Of a DNA stretch of 64,000 nucleotides, positions 9,213 to 18,481 are shown in pieces; position 1 is the first letter of the stretch; the number at the start of each line of letters is the position of its first letter. The translations under genes were made by a program, and so were the position numbers. Source of the stretch: Candidatus Spongiisociaceae bacterium (GTDB taxonomy: Bacteria > Actinomycetota > Acidimicrobiia > Spongiisociales > Spongiisociaceae); the NCBI GenBank assembly GCA_965262915.1, contig OZ253564.1, positions 3,552,001 through 3,616,000 on the forward strand, read 5' to 3'. A model generated the notes under the pieces. It saw nothing but the letters and a program-made list of their open reading frames with translations, had not been told where the DNA came from and did not search any database.

Positions 9213-9674
9213 GCCAGGTGCCAGGTGCCAGGTGCCAGGGGTTGGGTGTCAGGTGCCAGGTGCCAGGGGTTGGGTGTCAGGTGCCAGGTGCCAGGGGTTG
9301 GGTGCCAGGGTGCCAGGTGCCAGGGGTTGGGTGTCAGGTGCCAGGTGCCAGGGGTTGGGTGTCAGGTGCCAGGTGCCAGGGGTTGGGTGTCAGGTGCCAG
9401 GTGCCAGGGGTTGGGTGCCAGGGTGCCAGGTGCCAGGGGTTGGGGTCAGGTGCCAGGTGCCAGGGGTTGGGTGTCAGGTGCCAGGTGCCAGGGGTGCCAG
9501 GTGGGTTGGGTGCCAGGGTGCCAGGTGCCAGGGGTTGGGTGTCAGGTGCCAGGTGCCAGGGGTTGGGTGTCAGGTGCCAGGTGCCAGGGGTTGGGTGTCA
9601 GGTGCCAGGTGCCAGGTGCCAGATGCCAGGTGCCAGGTGCCAGGGGTTGGGTGTCAGGGGCCAGGTGCCAGGTG
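9213..9674 (+). repeat. G-rich heptamer tandem array with a 28-bp higher-order unit (GGTGCCA GGTGCCA GGGGTTG GGTGTCA)n
   Basis: Directly visible: ~460 bp built almost entirely from three heptamers, with occasional 1-bp variants and no unique spacers. Confidence 0.97.
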
Positions 9675-9819
9675 ATCGATCGGCCGGCTTCACAACAACG
9701 AACGGCTCATTTGGAGATATGGATACCTAAGCAATCAGGGGTAAGACGCCTCTATCAATAATAAAGCAGCAGTACAGAGTATACAACTATTCTGACAAGC
9801 GATCTCCATGCTATTCGGT

Positions 9820-9829
9820 GTGTATACAC
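9820..9829. promoter_or_regulatory. Palindrome GTGTATACAC, candidate GntR-family operator in an AT-rich divergent promoter region
   Basis: Perfect 10-bp palindrome; a related GTATACAA lies at ~9779-9786. It sits just upstream of the -35 box. Confidence 0.45.
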
Positions 9830-9852
9830 GTATATAATTGATTGTAGAACAC

Positions 9853-9881
9853 TTGACAGACTAGAAGCCTAGCCGTATAGT
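9853..9881 (+). promoter_or_regulatory. Sigma70/SigA-type promoter TTGACA-N17-TATAGT
   Basis: Consensus -35 (9853-9858), 17-bp spacer and -10 TATAGT (9876-9881), followed by GGAGG and ATG 9918. Confidence 0.8.
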
Positions 9882-9917
9882 CGGCTCACTTCTCCGCCTA
9901 CCGACTGGAGGGAAGAA

Positions 9918-11162
9918 ATGGGTGGAATACATCCGTCGGAACAGAGCAAGATGAGAAGGCCCTCCTTTAGTTGTCAGGCGCTGGTCCGACCAATCCGAAT
10001 AGTGGCCCTTCTTCTCGTGCTCGTCTTGGGGGCCTGTGCGTCAGAAACTGCCGATGACGAAGGACCGATCGTCATCGGACTGGCGATCGGCCTGACGGAC
10101 TTCATGGCGGCGTACGACCTGCCGGCGCTGAACGGCGCCCAGATCGCCGTGGATGAGATCAACGAGGCCGGCGGCGTGCTGGGTCGAAGCTTGGAAATCG
10201 TCACCGCAGACACCAAGTCTGACATCGATCAGGGAACAGTGGCCGGCCAGGAGGTCATCGACCAGGGCGCCCACGCGATGATCGTGTCCCCCGACTACAA
10301 CATGGGTGGCGGCGCCGCCCGAGCTGCTCAGGATGCAGGGCTGGTCGTCTTCTCATCCTCGGCGGGCTCACCGCTGTTCGGGATCGAAGGTATTGGGCCC
10401 CTTGCGTTCACGATGGGGATAGCCGCCACAACCGACGGCGCGGTCGCGGCCGAGTGGGCCTTCGAAGACCAGGGCTTCAGGACGGCGTATCTCCTGCTCG
10501 ACGACATCGCCGACTACAACAAGGACTACTGCCGGGCGTTCGAGACCCGCTGGGTCGAGCAGGGCGGCACCATCGCCGGCCAGGACCAGTTCAACAACAA
10601 CGATGCGTCGATCGCCAGCCAGGTGACGAGGATCAACGGTCTTCCGGAGGCGCCGGACATCATCGCCCTCTGTTCCTTCCCGCCGGGCGGCGCGGTCGCC
10701 ACCAAGCAACTCCGTGACGGAGGCGTGGACGCCCCGATCGTGAGCAACAACGGATTCGACGGGGATTTCTGGTACAAGGACTCGATGCCGGATCTCGCCG
10801 ACTTCTACTACACGTCGCCGGTTTCCTTCTGGGGGGACGATCCGAGCGCCGAGGTCGGGGAGTTCCTCCGCAAGTATCTCGAGCGACATGGGCAGCCCCA
10901 AGCCGTCAGCGCGATCGGTGCATACGCAGCGGTGTACGCACTGGCTGAAGCGATAGAAGATGCGGGCACAACCGATGGCGAGGCCGTTGCCGGGATCCTC
11001 GAGCAGTTCGACGGAAGGAACGTCGGTGGCCTCAACGTCACGTTCTCTCCCGACCTACACATCGACAAGGACCGGGAGTTGCGCATACTGGAACTCAATG
11101 CCGGTGCCCATCAGATCGTGTCGATACGTTCCGCCAAGGGCCAACCACCACTGTTCGGATAG
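9918..11162 (+). CDS. Branched-chain amino acid (LivJ/K-type) ABC substrate-binding lipoprotein
   Basis: Lipobox LGAC and AQIAVDEINEAGGVLGRSLEIVTADTKSD, the PBP type 1 signature. Confidence 0.9.
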   Translation: MGGIHPSEQSKMRRPSFSCQALVRPIRIVALLLVLVLGACASETADDEGPIVIGLAIGLTDFMAAYDLPALNGAQIAVDEINEAGGVLGRSLEIVTADTKSDIDQGTVAGQEVIDQGAHAMIVSPDYNMGGGAARAAQDAGLVVFSSSAGSPLFGIEGIGPLAFTMGIAATTDGAVAAEWAFEDQGFRTAYLLLDDIADYNKDYCRAFETRWVEQGGTIAGQDQFNNNDASIASQVTRINGLPEAPDIIALCSFPPGGAVATKQLRDGGVDAPIVSNNGFDGDFWYKDSMPDLADFYYTSPVSFWGDDPSAEVGEFLRKYLERHGQPQAVSAIGAYAAVYALAEAIEDAGTTDGEAVAGILEQFDGRNVGGLNVTFSPDLHIDKDRELRILELNAGAHQIVSIRSAKGQPPLFG

Positions 11163-11393
11163 GGGACTCGTGACGATCAGGAGCAAGAACCCGGCGCCCC
11201 TCCGGCGGCCGTCGGGTTCGCCCCCGATCCGACCTTGATCAGCGTCCCCTCACAATCACGCCGGTAGCGGCGTACCGCTGGGACGTCGGCGCATATGCCG
11301 GCAATGCACCAGCTAGCGGCAACGAAGCGCCGCCCATCGAGCGTGCTCGTACCGGTGTTCCGCCGGGTCTGCGCACTCGGAGGAGCGGGGCCG

Positions 11394-12134
11394 TTACGTT
11401 CCTTGCCTGGAGAGACCCGACTCCCGGTGCGCGGCCTTGGCTGCGGAGATGATCTCGTCGAGGGTGCCCAAGCGCTTGTGATAGTCCATGAAGTTGTCGA
11501 CCCACCGGAGGAACCGGAACTGTCCATTAGCAACAGCCGGGTGGGACCCGTCCCGAGATAGCACGATCAGATCCCCGTTCGGTTCGGTGAGATATTCACA
11601 GGCCTCAGGTACGTGAAGGCCGGCATCGACCAGTAGCCCATCCGCCGACCCGTCGATGACCACACCTGCTCCCTCGTCGTTGTCCCGGACCGGAACATAC
11701 TGTGCGTTGGGGAATCGCTGTCTGACGATGTCTTCCTGCAACGCGCCCGAGACACCGGCCAACCTGCGCGCCCCCCGGAGCCAGGCCAGCCCTCCTCCGG
11801 CCCACTCCTTGCGCACGAGTACGACGCCCTCGTACTCCAGAAGTACGCCGTCACTGAACATCACGGACAAGGCCCGGCGGGGCAAGTTCGTGTGCTTCAT
11901 CAGGATGTCGACCCGACCCTCTACGAGGCCGTCAAGCTGGTCCTCCCACTCCATGACGACGAAGTGGGCTCTCACGCCCAACTCCTCGGCCATCAGCCGC
12001 GCAACGCGAGCCACGACACCGTCGGGTTCGCCTGTATCCGGGTTGATGAACTGCTCGAAGGTGAGATCCCAGCGAGCGGCCACCCGCAGTACACCTCGTC
12101 GAACGATCTCGTCCAGGACACAAGAATCAGACAT
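11394..12134 (-). CDS. Solute-binding family 3 (polar amino acid / PheC-like) domain protein with no signal peptide
   Basis: LDEIVRRGVLRV, DPDTGE-like NPDTGEPDG, LVEGRVDIL and FLRWVDNF. ATG 12134 overlaps the end of the upstream gene. Confidence 0.75.
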   Translation of the reverse strand: MSDSCVLDEIVRRGVLRVAARWDLTFEQFINPDTGEPDGVVARVARLMAEELGVRAHFVVMEWEDQLDGLVEGRVDILMKHTNLPRRALSVMFSDGVLLEYEGVVLVRKEWAGGGLAWLRGARRLAGVSGALQEDIVRQRFPNAQYVPVRDNDEGAGVVIDGSADGLLVDAGLHVPEACEYLTEPNGDLIVLSRDGSHPAVANGQFRFLRWVDNFMDYHKRLGTLDEIISAAKAAHRESGLSRQGT

Positions 12135-13203
12135 GACCAACTCCCTTCTCCCTCGGGTCTTGATCCATACCGATGATGCAGACAGGCTCACCACCGTTCC
12201 GCGTCGGGGTGGAGAAAATCATGAGAACCCACCCCTCCAGTGGGCTCTTCACCACCGTCCGCGGAGAGCCGAACCGGTCGAGGAAAGTCCCGAGCGGGGT
12301 TCCCTGCTTCACCCGTTGGCCGGGTTCTACATCCCGCAGAAAGTAGCCGGCGGAGTCCGCTGTTACGACGTACATACCGAAAACGTCGATCTGTCGATCA
12401 TTCACCACGGGCTCACCGGGGTACATCCCCATGTGCTTCAGAACGTTGAAAAGGCCGCGTAACTCCATTTCCACCAGATCCGGATCCAGCCTTCCGGCTC
12501 CTCCCACCTCAAGCTGGATCGCCGGTATGCCGTTGAGGGATGCGTATCCGATGTTGTTGCGGGCTACTTGGAGGCCTGTCCAGACGGTCTTTCCGTCGTC
12601 ACTCACGCCGGAGAGACCGTCGATGCCTGAACCCATGATGTTTCGGAACTCGATATCGAAGAGGGCTGCAAGCCGGCGGCTTTTGTCATCCGTCTCCGGG
12701 TCCCCCAGTTCGGGAACGACTACATGTAGTGGCACCTCTTCGTAGTGATCCCCGCTGTGGAGGTCCATGTAGGTAGAACTGCGCCCGATGATCTCAGCCC
12801 CAATTCTCGCTGCGACCTGCGATGCGATCGAGCCGAAGGGATCTCCGGGGAACGACTGGTTGATGTTCACGCTGTCGATGGGCAGGAAGAACGATGTTCG
12901 CAGCTCAAGCGCTCTTGGATTGGCACAGACCACGCCGATGAGATCCCCGGAGAGCTCCTTGATATCAAGCCTCGATGCGAGTTTGGGGACCGCGATCTGT
13001 CCGGTGAACTCGCCGGCGTGAACTCCCGCGGTCAGAGCCAGCGTCGGTCCGGGGTTCTCCCCTCTCACCACCCACACCGGAACCGTGAGCGGTCCGGCTA
13101 CCGTCTCTGCGACGACTAGGTCACACCTGTACCGCTGCGGGCGGGAAGCGGGGACCCTATCGAGCGTTTCCACGATTCCGAGATTCGTCATGAGTGCTTC
13201 CAT
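12127..13203 (-). CDS. Succinylglutamate desuccinylase / aspartoacylase (M14) family protein
   Basis: TAGVHAGE, NINQSFPG, DLHSG and LEVG, plus a C-terminal barrel-sandwich segment. Start at ATG 13203 after GAAGGGG; an alternative is 13191. Confidence 0.88.
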   Translation of the reverse strand: MEALMTNLGIVETLDRVPASRPQRYRCDLVVAETVAGPLTVPVWVVRGENPGPTLALTAGVHAGEFTGQIAVPKLASRLDIKELSGDLIGVVCANPRALELRTSFFLPIDSVNINQSFPGDPFGSIASQVAARIGAEIIGRSSTYMDLHSGDHYEEVPLHVVVPELGDPETDDKSRRLAALFDIEFRNIMGSGIDGLSGVSDDGKTVWTGLQVARNNIGYASLNGIPAIQLEVGGAGRLDPDLVEMELRGLFNVLKHMGMYPGEPVVNDRQIDVFGMYVVTADSAGYFLRDVEPGQRVKQGTPLGTFLDRFGSPRTVVKSPLEGWVLMIFSTPTRNGGEPVCIIGMDQDPREKGVGHV

Positions 13204-13279
13204 CAATGCCCCTTCGTGTGCAGCCGCCAGCAGCCGGATCCGGTCTCCTCTTGACCCGGATGTCGGGCCGGCAACGCTC

Positions 13280-14035
13280 TCATTGTCCACCCAGATAGGC
13301 AGCAATGACGTCGACATTGCTGCGAACCTCGTCGGGGCTCCCGACGATCAGGGTCTTGCCGTGGTCGAGTACCTGCACCGTATCGCAGACCTGCATGACG
13401 ACCGCCATGTCGTGCTCGATCAGGACGATCCCGATGTTCCACCTGCGACGGGCTTCGTCGATGAGGCCTGCGAGATCGGAACTTTCCAGATCGTTCAGAC
13501 CCGCCGCCGGCTCATCGAGGAGCAGATAGTCGGGCTGGGCGGCCAGCGCCCTCAAGAAGCCGATCCTTCGCTCGTCTCCCAACGGGAGTGTCGAAGCGCG
13601 CCGGCCGCCCTTGCCGCCGAGCCCGAGTGACTCGAGCAGCTCTTCGGCCGTGTTCCGTGCCTGACGCCGGCTGATCCGGTTACGGGCCAGCGCTCCCAGC
13701 TGGATGTTCTCCGAAGCAGTCAACTCTCCGAACACTCGCATGCCCTGGAACGTGCGAACGAGGCCGGCCCGAGCGATCTGGTGCGGAGAGCGACCCGTAA
13801 GATCCTTGCCTTCCAGCGTAACCGTGCCTGCGTCGGACGGTTGGAATCCGCTCATGACATTGACCAAAGTCGTCTTGCCGGCTCCGTTCGGCCCTATGAG
13901 TCCCAGGATGTGACCACGCTCAACCCCCAGATCGACGCCGTCGAGTGCTTGGAGCCCATCGAATCTGACCGACACCCCGAGAGCGACCAAGCCCGACTCG
14001 TGCGAGCCTCCCGTGCGGTCCGACTCTGCGGTCAT
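13280..14035 (-). CDS. livG: Branched-chain amino acid ABC ATP-binding protein (LivG-like)
   Basis: GPNGAGKTT, RTFQ, LLLDEPAAGL, IEHDM and VIAAYLG. Confidence 0.88.
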   Translation of the reverse strand: MTAESDRTGGSHESGLVALGVSVRFDGLQALDGVDLGVERGHILGLIGPNGAGKTTLVNVMSGFQPSDAGTVTLEGKDLTGRSPHQIARAGLVRTFQGMRVFGELTASENIQLGALARNRISRRQARNTAEELLESLGLGGKGGRRASTLPLGDERRIGFLRALAAQPDYLLLDEPAAGLNDLESSDLAGLIDEARRRWNIGIVLIEHDMAVVMQVCDTVQVLDHGKTLIVGSPDEVRSNVDVIAAYLGGQ

Positions 14036-15945
14036 GAGCCATCTCCCAGGCCGGTAAGGCCGCCCAAGTAGGCCTCGGCGAGATCCTTGTCGCCACGCAA
14101 CCGGTCACTGGAGCCCTGCCCGACGATCGTCCCGGTCCGGAGCACATAGCCTCTATCGGCGAGACTCAACGCAAGCTCGGCATTCTGCTCGACCACCAAC
14201 ATGGTGACTCCCTCCTCTTTGAGGTCGCGGAGGATGCCGAAGACTGTCGCCGTCAGGACCGGAGCCAGGCCCAACGACGGCTCATCGAGGAGGAGCAGGC
14301 GAGGTCGCGCCATCAGTGCCCGGGCAACAGCGAGTTGCTGCTGCTCGCCACCGGACAGAGTGCCGGCACTGCCGCGGTAGTAACGCCTCAGCACCGGAAA
14401 ACGATCCAGGATCGATTCGAGATCAGCCTCCATCCCCTCCTTCGATCTGCGGGCAACCGCACCGAGTCGCAGGTTCTCGGCAACGGTGAGGCTCCCGAGT
14501 ATCCGCCGTCCCTCCGGAACGAGGGCGATTCCGGATCGAGCGACTCGCTCCGGAGCCATGCCGAGGATGCTCCGACCGTCGAAGACTATGTCGCCTCCTG
14601 TGACGTGCAGAAAGCCCAGGATCGCCCTGAGTATGGTCGTCTTCCCGGCGCCGTTGGGTCCGAGCAGGGCGACGACCTCACCGTTGTTCACGGAGAGGTC
14701 GATTCCTCGGATGGCTTTGAGCTCCCCGTAGCCACCCGACAATTTCGACACCAGCAGCAAGGGATCAGTGCCTCCGAGGGTCGCGGCCGGCGAGCCGGTG
14801 GGCTCGCGGCGGGAAGACTCACGGGAGCGCACCCGGTCGGCCACCGAAACCCGGACCTGGTCCGCAGCGACGCGAACATCATCGGGCGGCGGCTCAGCAC
14901 CAGATCCGATCCTGAGTCTCGCTTTGAACCAGGCCCCCACATCGACGACCGTTTTCCATGTGAGTTCCGTACCGTTGGTGATACCGCGCGGCCGGATGAG
15001 CAGCACCACGACCAGCACCACCGCCACCCCGACCTGCTGGAGACCTCGAATAGGCGGAACCCGGATCAGACCGAGAGCGATTCCGTCCTCCATCTGCCGG
15101 AGCGCGAGGCTGAGCAACGACAGGAGCACGGCTCCGGAGAAAGCTCCCGTCAGGCTGAGCCGTCCCCCCACTACCAGCATTGCGATTGCCAAGAAGGTGG
15201 CCGCAACGAAGAAAGCAGACGGGTTGAAGGTGCCGAAGGCAAGGGCGAACAACCCCCCGGCCACTCCGGTGACCGCCGCACTCAGCACGAACGAGACGAG
15301 CCGCTCCCAGGAGATACCTATTCCGAGTGCACGGGCTGCGTCCTCGTCGTCCCGTGAACCCCGCAGGCGCAGGCAGAGACGGGTCTGCTGGAAGAGCCAC
15401 GCGGTGACGATCGCCACGATCGCCCAAAGAGCTGTGCCGGGCAAGGTTGCCGCCCTGGGTACTCCAGCCAGCCCGGTGGATCCGCCGGTCACCGATTCCC
15501 AGTTGGATGCGACGTTGAACGTAATGTTCAAGAACGCGAAAGTGCCCAGGGAAGCCACGATGCCGGACAACTGCATCAGCGGAGTTCCGATGAGAACTGC
15601 GACCCCGGCAGCCAGCAGTGCTCCCACCGCGACAGCGACGTGTGCCGGGAGGGTCACCCCTGGAAGGGACGGAAAGAGCGCCGTTTTTGTTGATTCAGGG
15701 ATTACAAGGATAGCGGTCGTATAGGCCCCGATAGCCATGAACCCTATGTGGCCGAAAGAGAAAACGCCGGAGTTACCGATGAAGATGTACATACCCACGA
15801 CAAGTATCAGGCTGATCAGTGCACTCAATATTGAAGTGCGTACTGCGTTGGATGCAAGTCCGCCGAACGATGCGAGGAGAACCGCCACGGCGCTGAGTAC
15901 CAGGGGCGCAAAGTTGGTTCGCGCCACCAGGACTGTGCGTCTCAT
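14032..15945 (-). CDS. Fused LivM-like permease and LivF-like ATPase
   Basis: N-terminal FSFGHIGFMAIGAY and TGGSTGL TM domain; C-terminal GPNGAGKTT, VPEGRRI, LSGGEQQ and LDEPSLGLAP. Confidence 0.9.
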   Translation of the reverse strand: MRRTVLVARTNFAPLVLSAVAVLLASFGGLASNAVRTSILSALISLILVVGMYIFIGNSGVFSFGHIGFMAIGAYTTAILVIPESTKTALFPSLPGVTLPAHVAVAVGALLAAGVAVLIGTPLMQLSGIVASLGTFAFLNITFNVASNWESVTGGSTGLAGVPRAATLPGTALWAIVAIVTAWLFQQTRLCLRLRGSRDDEDAARALGIGISWERLVSFVLSAAVTGVAGGLFALAFGTFNPSAFFVAATFLAIAMLVVGGRLSLTGAFSGAVLLSLLSLALRQMEDGIALGLIRVPPIRGLQQVGVAVVLVVVLLIRPRGITNGTELTWKTVVDVGAWFKARLRIGSGAEPPPDDVRVAADQVRVSVADRVRSRESSRREPTGSPAATLGGTDPLLLVSKLSGGYGELKAIRGIDLSVNNGEVVALLGPNGAGKTTILRAILGFLHVTGGDIVFDGRSILGMAPERVARSGIALVPEGRRILGSLTVAENLRLGAVARRSKEGMEADLESILDRFPVLRRYYRGSAGTLSGGEQQQLAVARALMARPRLLLLDEPSLGLAPVLTATVFGILRDLKEEGVTMLVVEQNAELALSLADRGYVLRTGTIVGQGSSDRLRGDKDLAEAYLGGLTGLGDGS

Positions 15946-15952
15946 CGCTTAG

Positions 15953-16051
15953 GAGGGTGCTGAGAAACCCCCCGTTGGCCCGACGGTCGATGACAAAATG
16001 CCACGTTAGCGGACAGCGGGCCAACCATTCTCACCGTTATTCAGCATTCTC
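15953..16051. mobile_element. MITE copy A (99 bp), IS5/IS1182-like ends
   Basis: Terminal IRs GAGGGTGCTGAGAAAC and GTTATTCAGCATTCTC, flanked by TTAG and CTAG. The interior is homologous to the copy at 51116-51215. Confidence 0.7.
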
Positions 16052-16936
16052 CTAGACCGTGCGGTTCTGGAGTCGGGCACCCATTATGCCGTCGGGTTTG
16101 GCGACGAGGATGATCACGACGACAAGAAAGACCAAGGTATCTCTAAAAGACCGGAGACCGAGCGGGAGACCGGCTTGAAGTGCCACAGAGGTCGCCCCTA
16201 GCAGGTACGCTCCCAGAACTGACCCGGGTAGGCTGCCGAGTCCCCCGATGATCACTGCGATGAACGCCGCCAGCACCGGTGTAAGGCCGATCGAGGGGTG
16301 GATAAGACCGGTCTGAGCCGAGAAGAGAATCGCTCCCACACCGGCGAGAACACCGCTAATCGCGAAAGCCCCGGCGATGACCCGATCTGCCTTGATTCCC
16401 AAAATGCGCGCTACGAAGAAGTCCTCAGCTGCTGCCCTCATCTGGAGTCCGAATACTGTACGGCTGAGAAACAGAACGAGCAAGAGCAACAGCACCGTGG
16501 TCACCCCAATGGAAACCAGGTCCAAGCGCCGGATGGCGATGTCACCGATGAAAATACGTCCGCGTAACCCTTCGAGAATCCCCACGCTGCGCGGAAGAGC
16601 CCCGACGGTTACCACTGCAAGGCTCTGGAGAAAGAAGCTGACAGCGAAAGACGTTACGAGAAGCGTCTCGATCGCCGCGCCCCGCACACGGCGGAAGGCG
16701 ACCCTCTCGGTTGCGAGGGCCAGCAGTACAACGATGAAGATTGCTGCACCGATACGGATCGCTGTACTCGGGACGGTGATGAAGACAAGCACATAGCCAC
16801 CCGCCATGACGAGTTCCCCATGGGCGAAGTTGATCAGGCTCATCACACCGAAAAGCAACCCGACCCCTAGCGCAAACAGGGCGTAGATACTCCCTAGGCT
16901 GAGCGCGTCGAGAAGGAGTTGTACAAGATAAGCCAT
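16052..16936 (-). CDS. livH: Branched-chain amino acid ABC permease (LivH-like)
   Basis: LGSIYALFALG, INFAHGE, GLQMRAAAED and IIGGLGSLPG. Confidence 0.92.
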   Translation of the reverse strand: MAYLVQLLLDALSLGSIYALFALGVGLLFGVMSLINFAHGELVMAGGYVLVFITVPSTAIRIGAAIFIVVLLALATERVAFRRVRGAAIETLLVTSFAVSFFLQSLAVVTVGALPRSVGILEGLRGRIFIGDIAIRRLDLVSIGVTTVLLLLLVLFLSRTVFGLQMRAAAEDFFVARILGIKADRVIAGAFAISGVLAGVGAILFSAQTGLIHPSIGLTPVLAAFIAVIIGGLGSLPGSVLGAYLLGATSVALQAGLPLGLRSFRDTLVFLVVVIILVAKPDGIMGARLQNRTV

Positions 16937-17261
16937 GGCTCACCAACGATTGGCAACGTGGGAAACCATACCGGGCAAAATATACCATACCTGAGGCGCG
17001 CACTCTCGCTAACCTTGCCCCCAGAATTTCGAACAAATCAAGGTTCTCCTCGTCCGTTCACCGCGGCCTGTTACCGGCGACTTCCTTAGAGCCTCCGCCC
17101 AGAACGACCGACTCACCTGTGCCCGATCACCCGCTTCGTACATCCGTTACTCCCCAGCGCCTCGTGAACAGCCTCAGGGGCATCGACAACACACGCGCCG
17201 CAGCGTGTCTCTCGAACCGCTGGAAGTGCTTGCTATTCAACGACGTTGACAGGTGGTCCAG

Positions 17262-17332
17262 CCGTCTGTCTGTAGAAGCCGTCCGGCATGCGCCGGCAAG
17301 CAGAGCACGGCGAGTTGCTTTGTAGACAGACG
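17262..17332 (-). terminator. Imperfect inverted repeat immediately downstream of the FAD oxidoreductase gene
   Basis: CGTCTGTCTGTAGAAGC ... GCTTTGTAGACAGACG. It could be a terminator or a mini-element remnant. Confidence 0.35.
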
Positions 17333-17334
17333 TT

Positions 17335-18477
17335 CTAGAAACGGTCCGGCGCGAAGGGCTGGAGATCCAACTCCTCCGGCAGGCCGAGGGCGAGCCGGGC
17401 CAGGACCCGGCCCATGAGCGGTCCGGCGGTCAGGCCCATATGGGGATAGACGCCAACCACCAACCCCGGCGGGCCGAGGGGACCGATGATCGGACCCAGG
17501 TCGGGGGTGGCAAGACCTTTGCCCGGCCAGGTGCGGATCAGGCGTACCCCCGCCAGGGACGGCACGACCCTGAGCGCGATCCTCATATTGGCGATGAGGT
17601 TGTGGGGGTTGACCCTGTTGTGCCCGGTGACCGGGTCGATGTCGGATGACCAACCTCCGCCGATCAGAAGGGTTCCGGCCTTCGCCTGCTTGAAGGTCAG
17701 CTTGCCGCCTGCGAAGTAGACCAGGTTGTGGACCATCGGAGCCACGGGTTCGGTCGCTCCGACCTGGGCCGGATCGTCGAAGATTGCCAGAGGCCTACCC
17801 CACAGCGATGCAAAACAGTTCAGGTCGTTACCCGTGACCAGCACGACCCGCCCGGCCGTGACCGTGCCGGAGGTCGTGGTGGCGGTGAACATCGCGTTGT
17901 CGCAATCCAGCCCGGTCACCTCCGTGTTGGTCCTGATGACCGCTCCTCTGGCCACAGCGGCCCGGGCGAACGCCGGTGCGGCCACCATGGAGTTGACCTT
18001 CCCCTCCACCCGGCAAAGCTGCGCGCCCGCCATCGACTCGGAAACGTACGGAGCAACCCGGCGGAGGTCTGCGGGCCCGAGAATGTCGGACTCCACCGCA
18101 GCGGACCGTTCGATGGCGACCTTCCGTTCTATGTCTCTCATCTGCTCGGAGGTCTCCGCTACGAGCAGTCCTCCATTGAGCGAGACCTCCAGGTCGGTGT
18201 CCAAGACATCGCTCAGGCTCTTCCACATCTCCAGGGATCCGGATAAGAAACGCAGGGCCGGAAGGAAATCACGGGCCCACTCCTCGCCGAACTCCCGGAA
18301 GGAGGCGTGCTGGATCTGTCCGTGCAGGCTTCCGGCATTCCGACCGGAAGCCTGGGTGTTGAGGTCGAACTGCTCGAGCAGCACCACTTCGGCCCCGTAC
18401 CCGGCCAGATGCCATGCCGTCGAGCAGCCCGTTATGCCCCCACCGATTACGAGGACGTCGCAGCGTGTGGGCGCCAT
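17335..18477 (-). CDS. FAD-dependent oxidoreductase, glycine/D-amino acid/sarcosine oxidase (DAO) family
   Basis: VIGGGITG, ASGRNAG, TPDLGPIIG and GLTAGPLMG. Confidence 0.9.
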   Translation of the reverse strand: MAPTRCDVLVIGGGITGCSTAWHLAGYGAEVVLLEQFDLNTQASGRNAGSLHGQIQHASFREFGEEWARDFLPALRFLSGSLEMWKSLSDVLDTDLEVSLNGGLLVAETSEQMRDIERKVAIERSAAVESDILGPADLRRVAPYVSESMAGAQLCRVEGKVNSMVAAPAFARAAVARGAVIRTNTEVTGLDCDNAMFTATTTSGTVTAGRVVLVTGNDLNCFASLWGRPLAIFDDPAQVGATEPVAPMVHNLVYFAGGKLTFKQAKAGTLLIGGGWSSDIDPVTGHNRVNPHNLIANMRIALRVVPSLAGVRLIRTWPGKGLATPDLGPIIGPLGPPGLVVGVYPHMGLTAGPLMGRVLARLALGLPEELDLQPFAPDRF

Positions 18478-18481
18478 TCGG

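Noticed and set aside
9213-9674. Possible CRISPR array (28-bp unit)
   Set aside because: The units are contiguous with no unique spacers, and there are no cas genes in the window.
9185-9761. Three overlapping Cys/Gly-rich ORFs (CQVPGARG repeats)
   Set aside because: They are translation artefacts of a stop-free period-7 repeat: all three frames give the same peptide cycle, and there is no convincing RBS.
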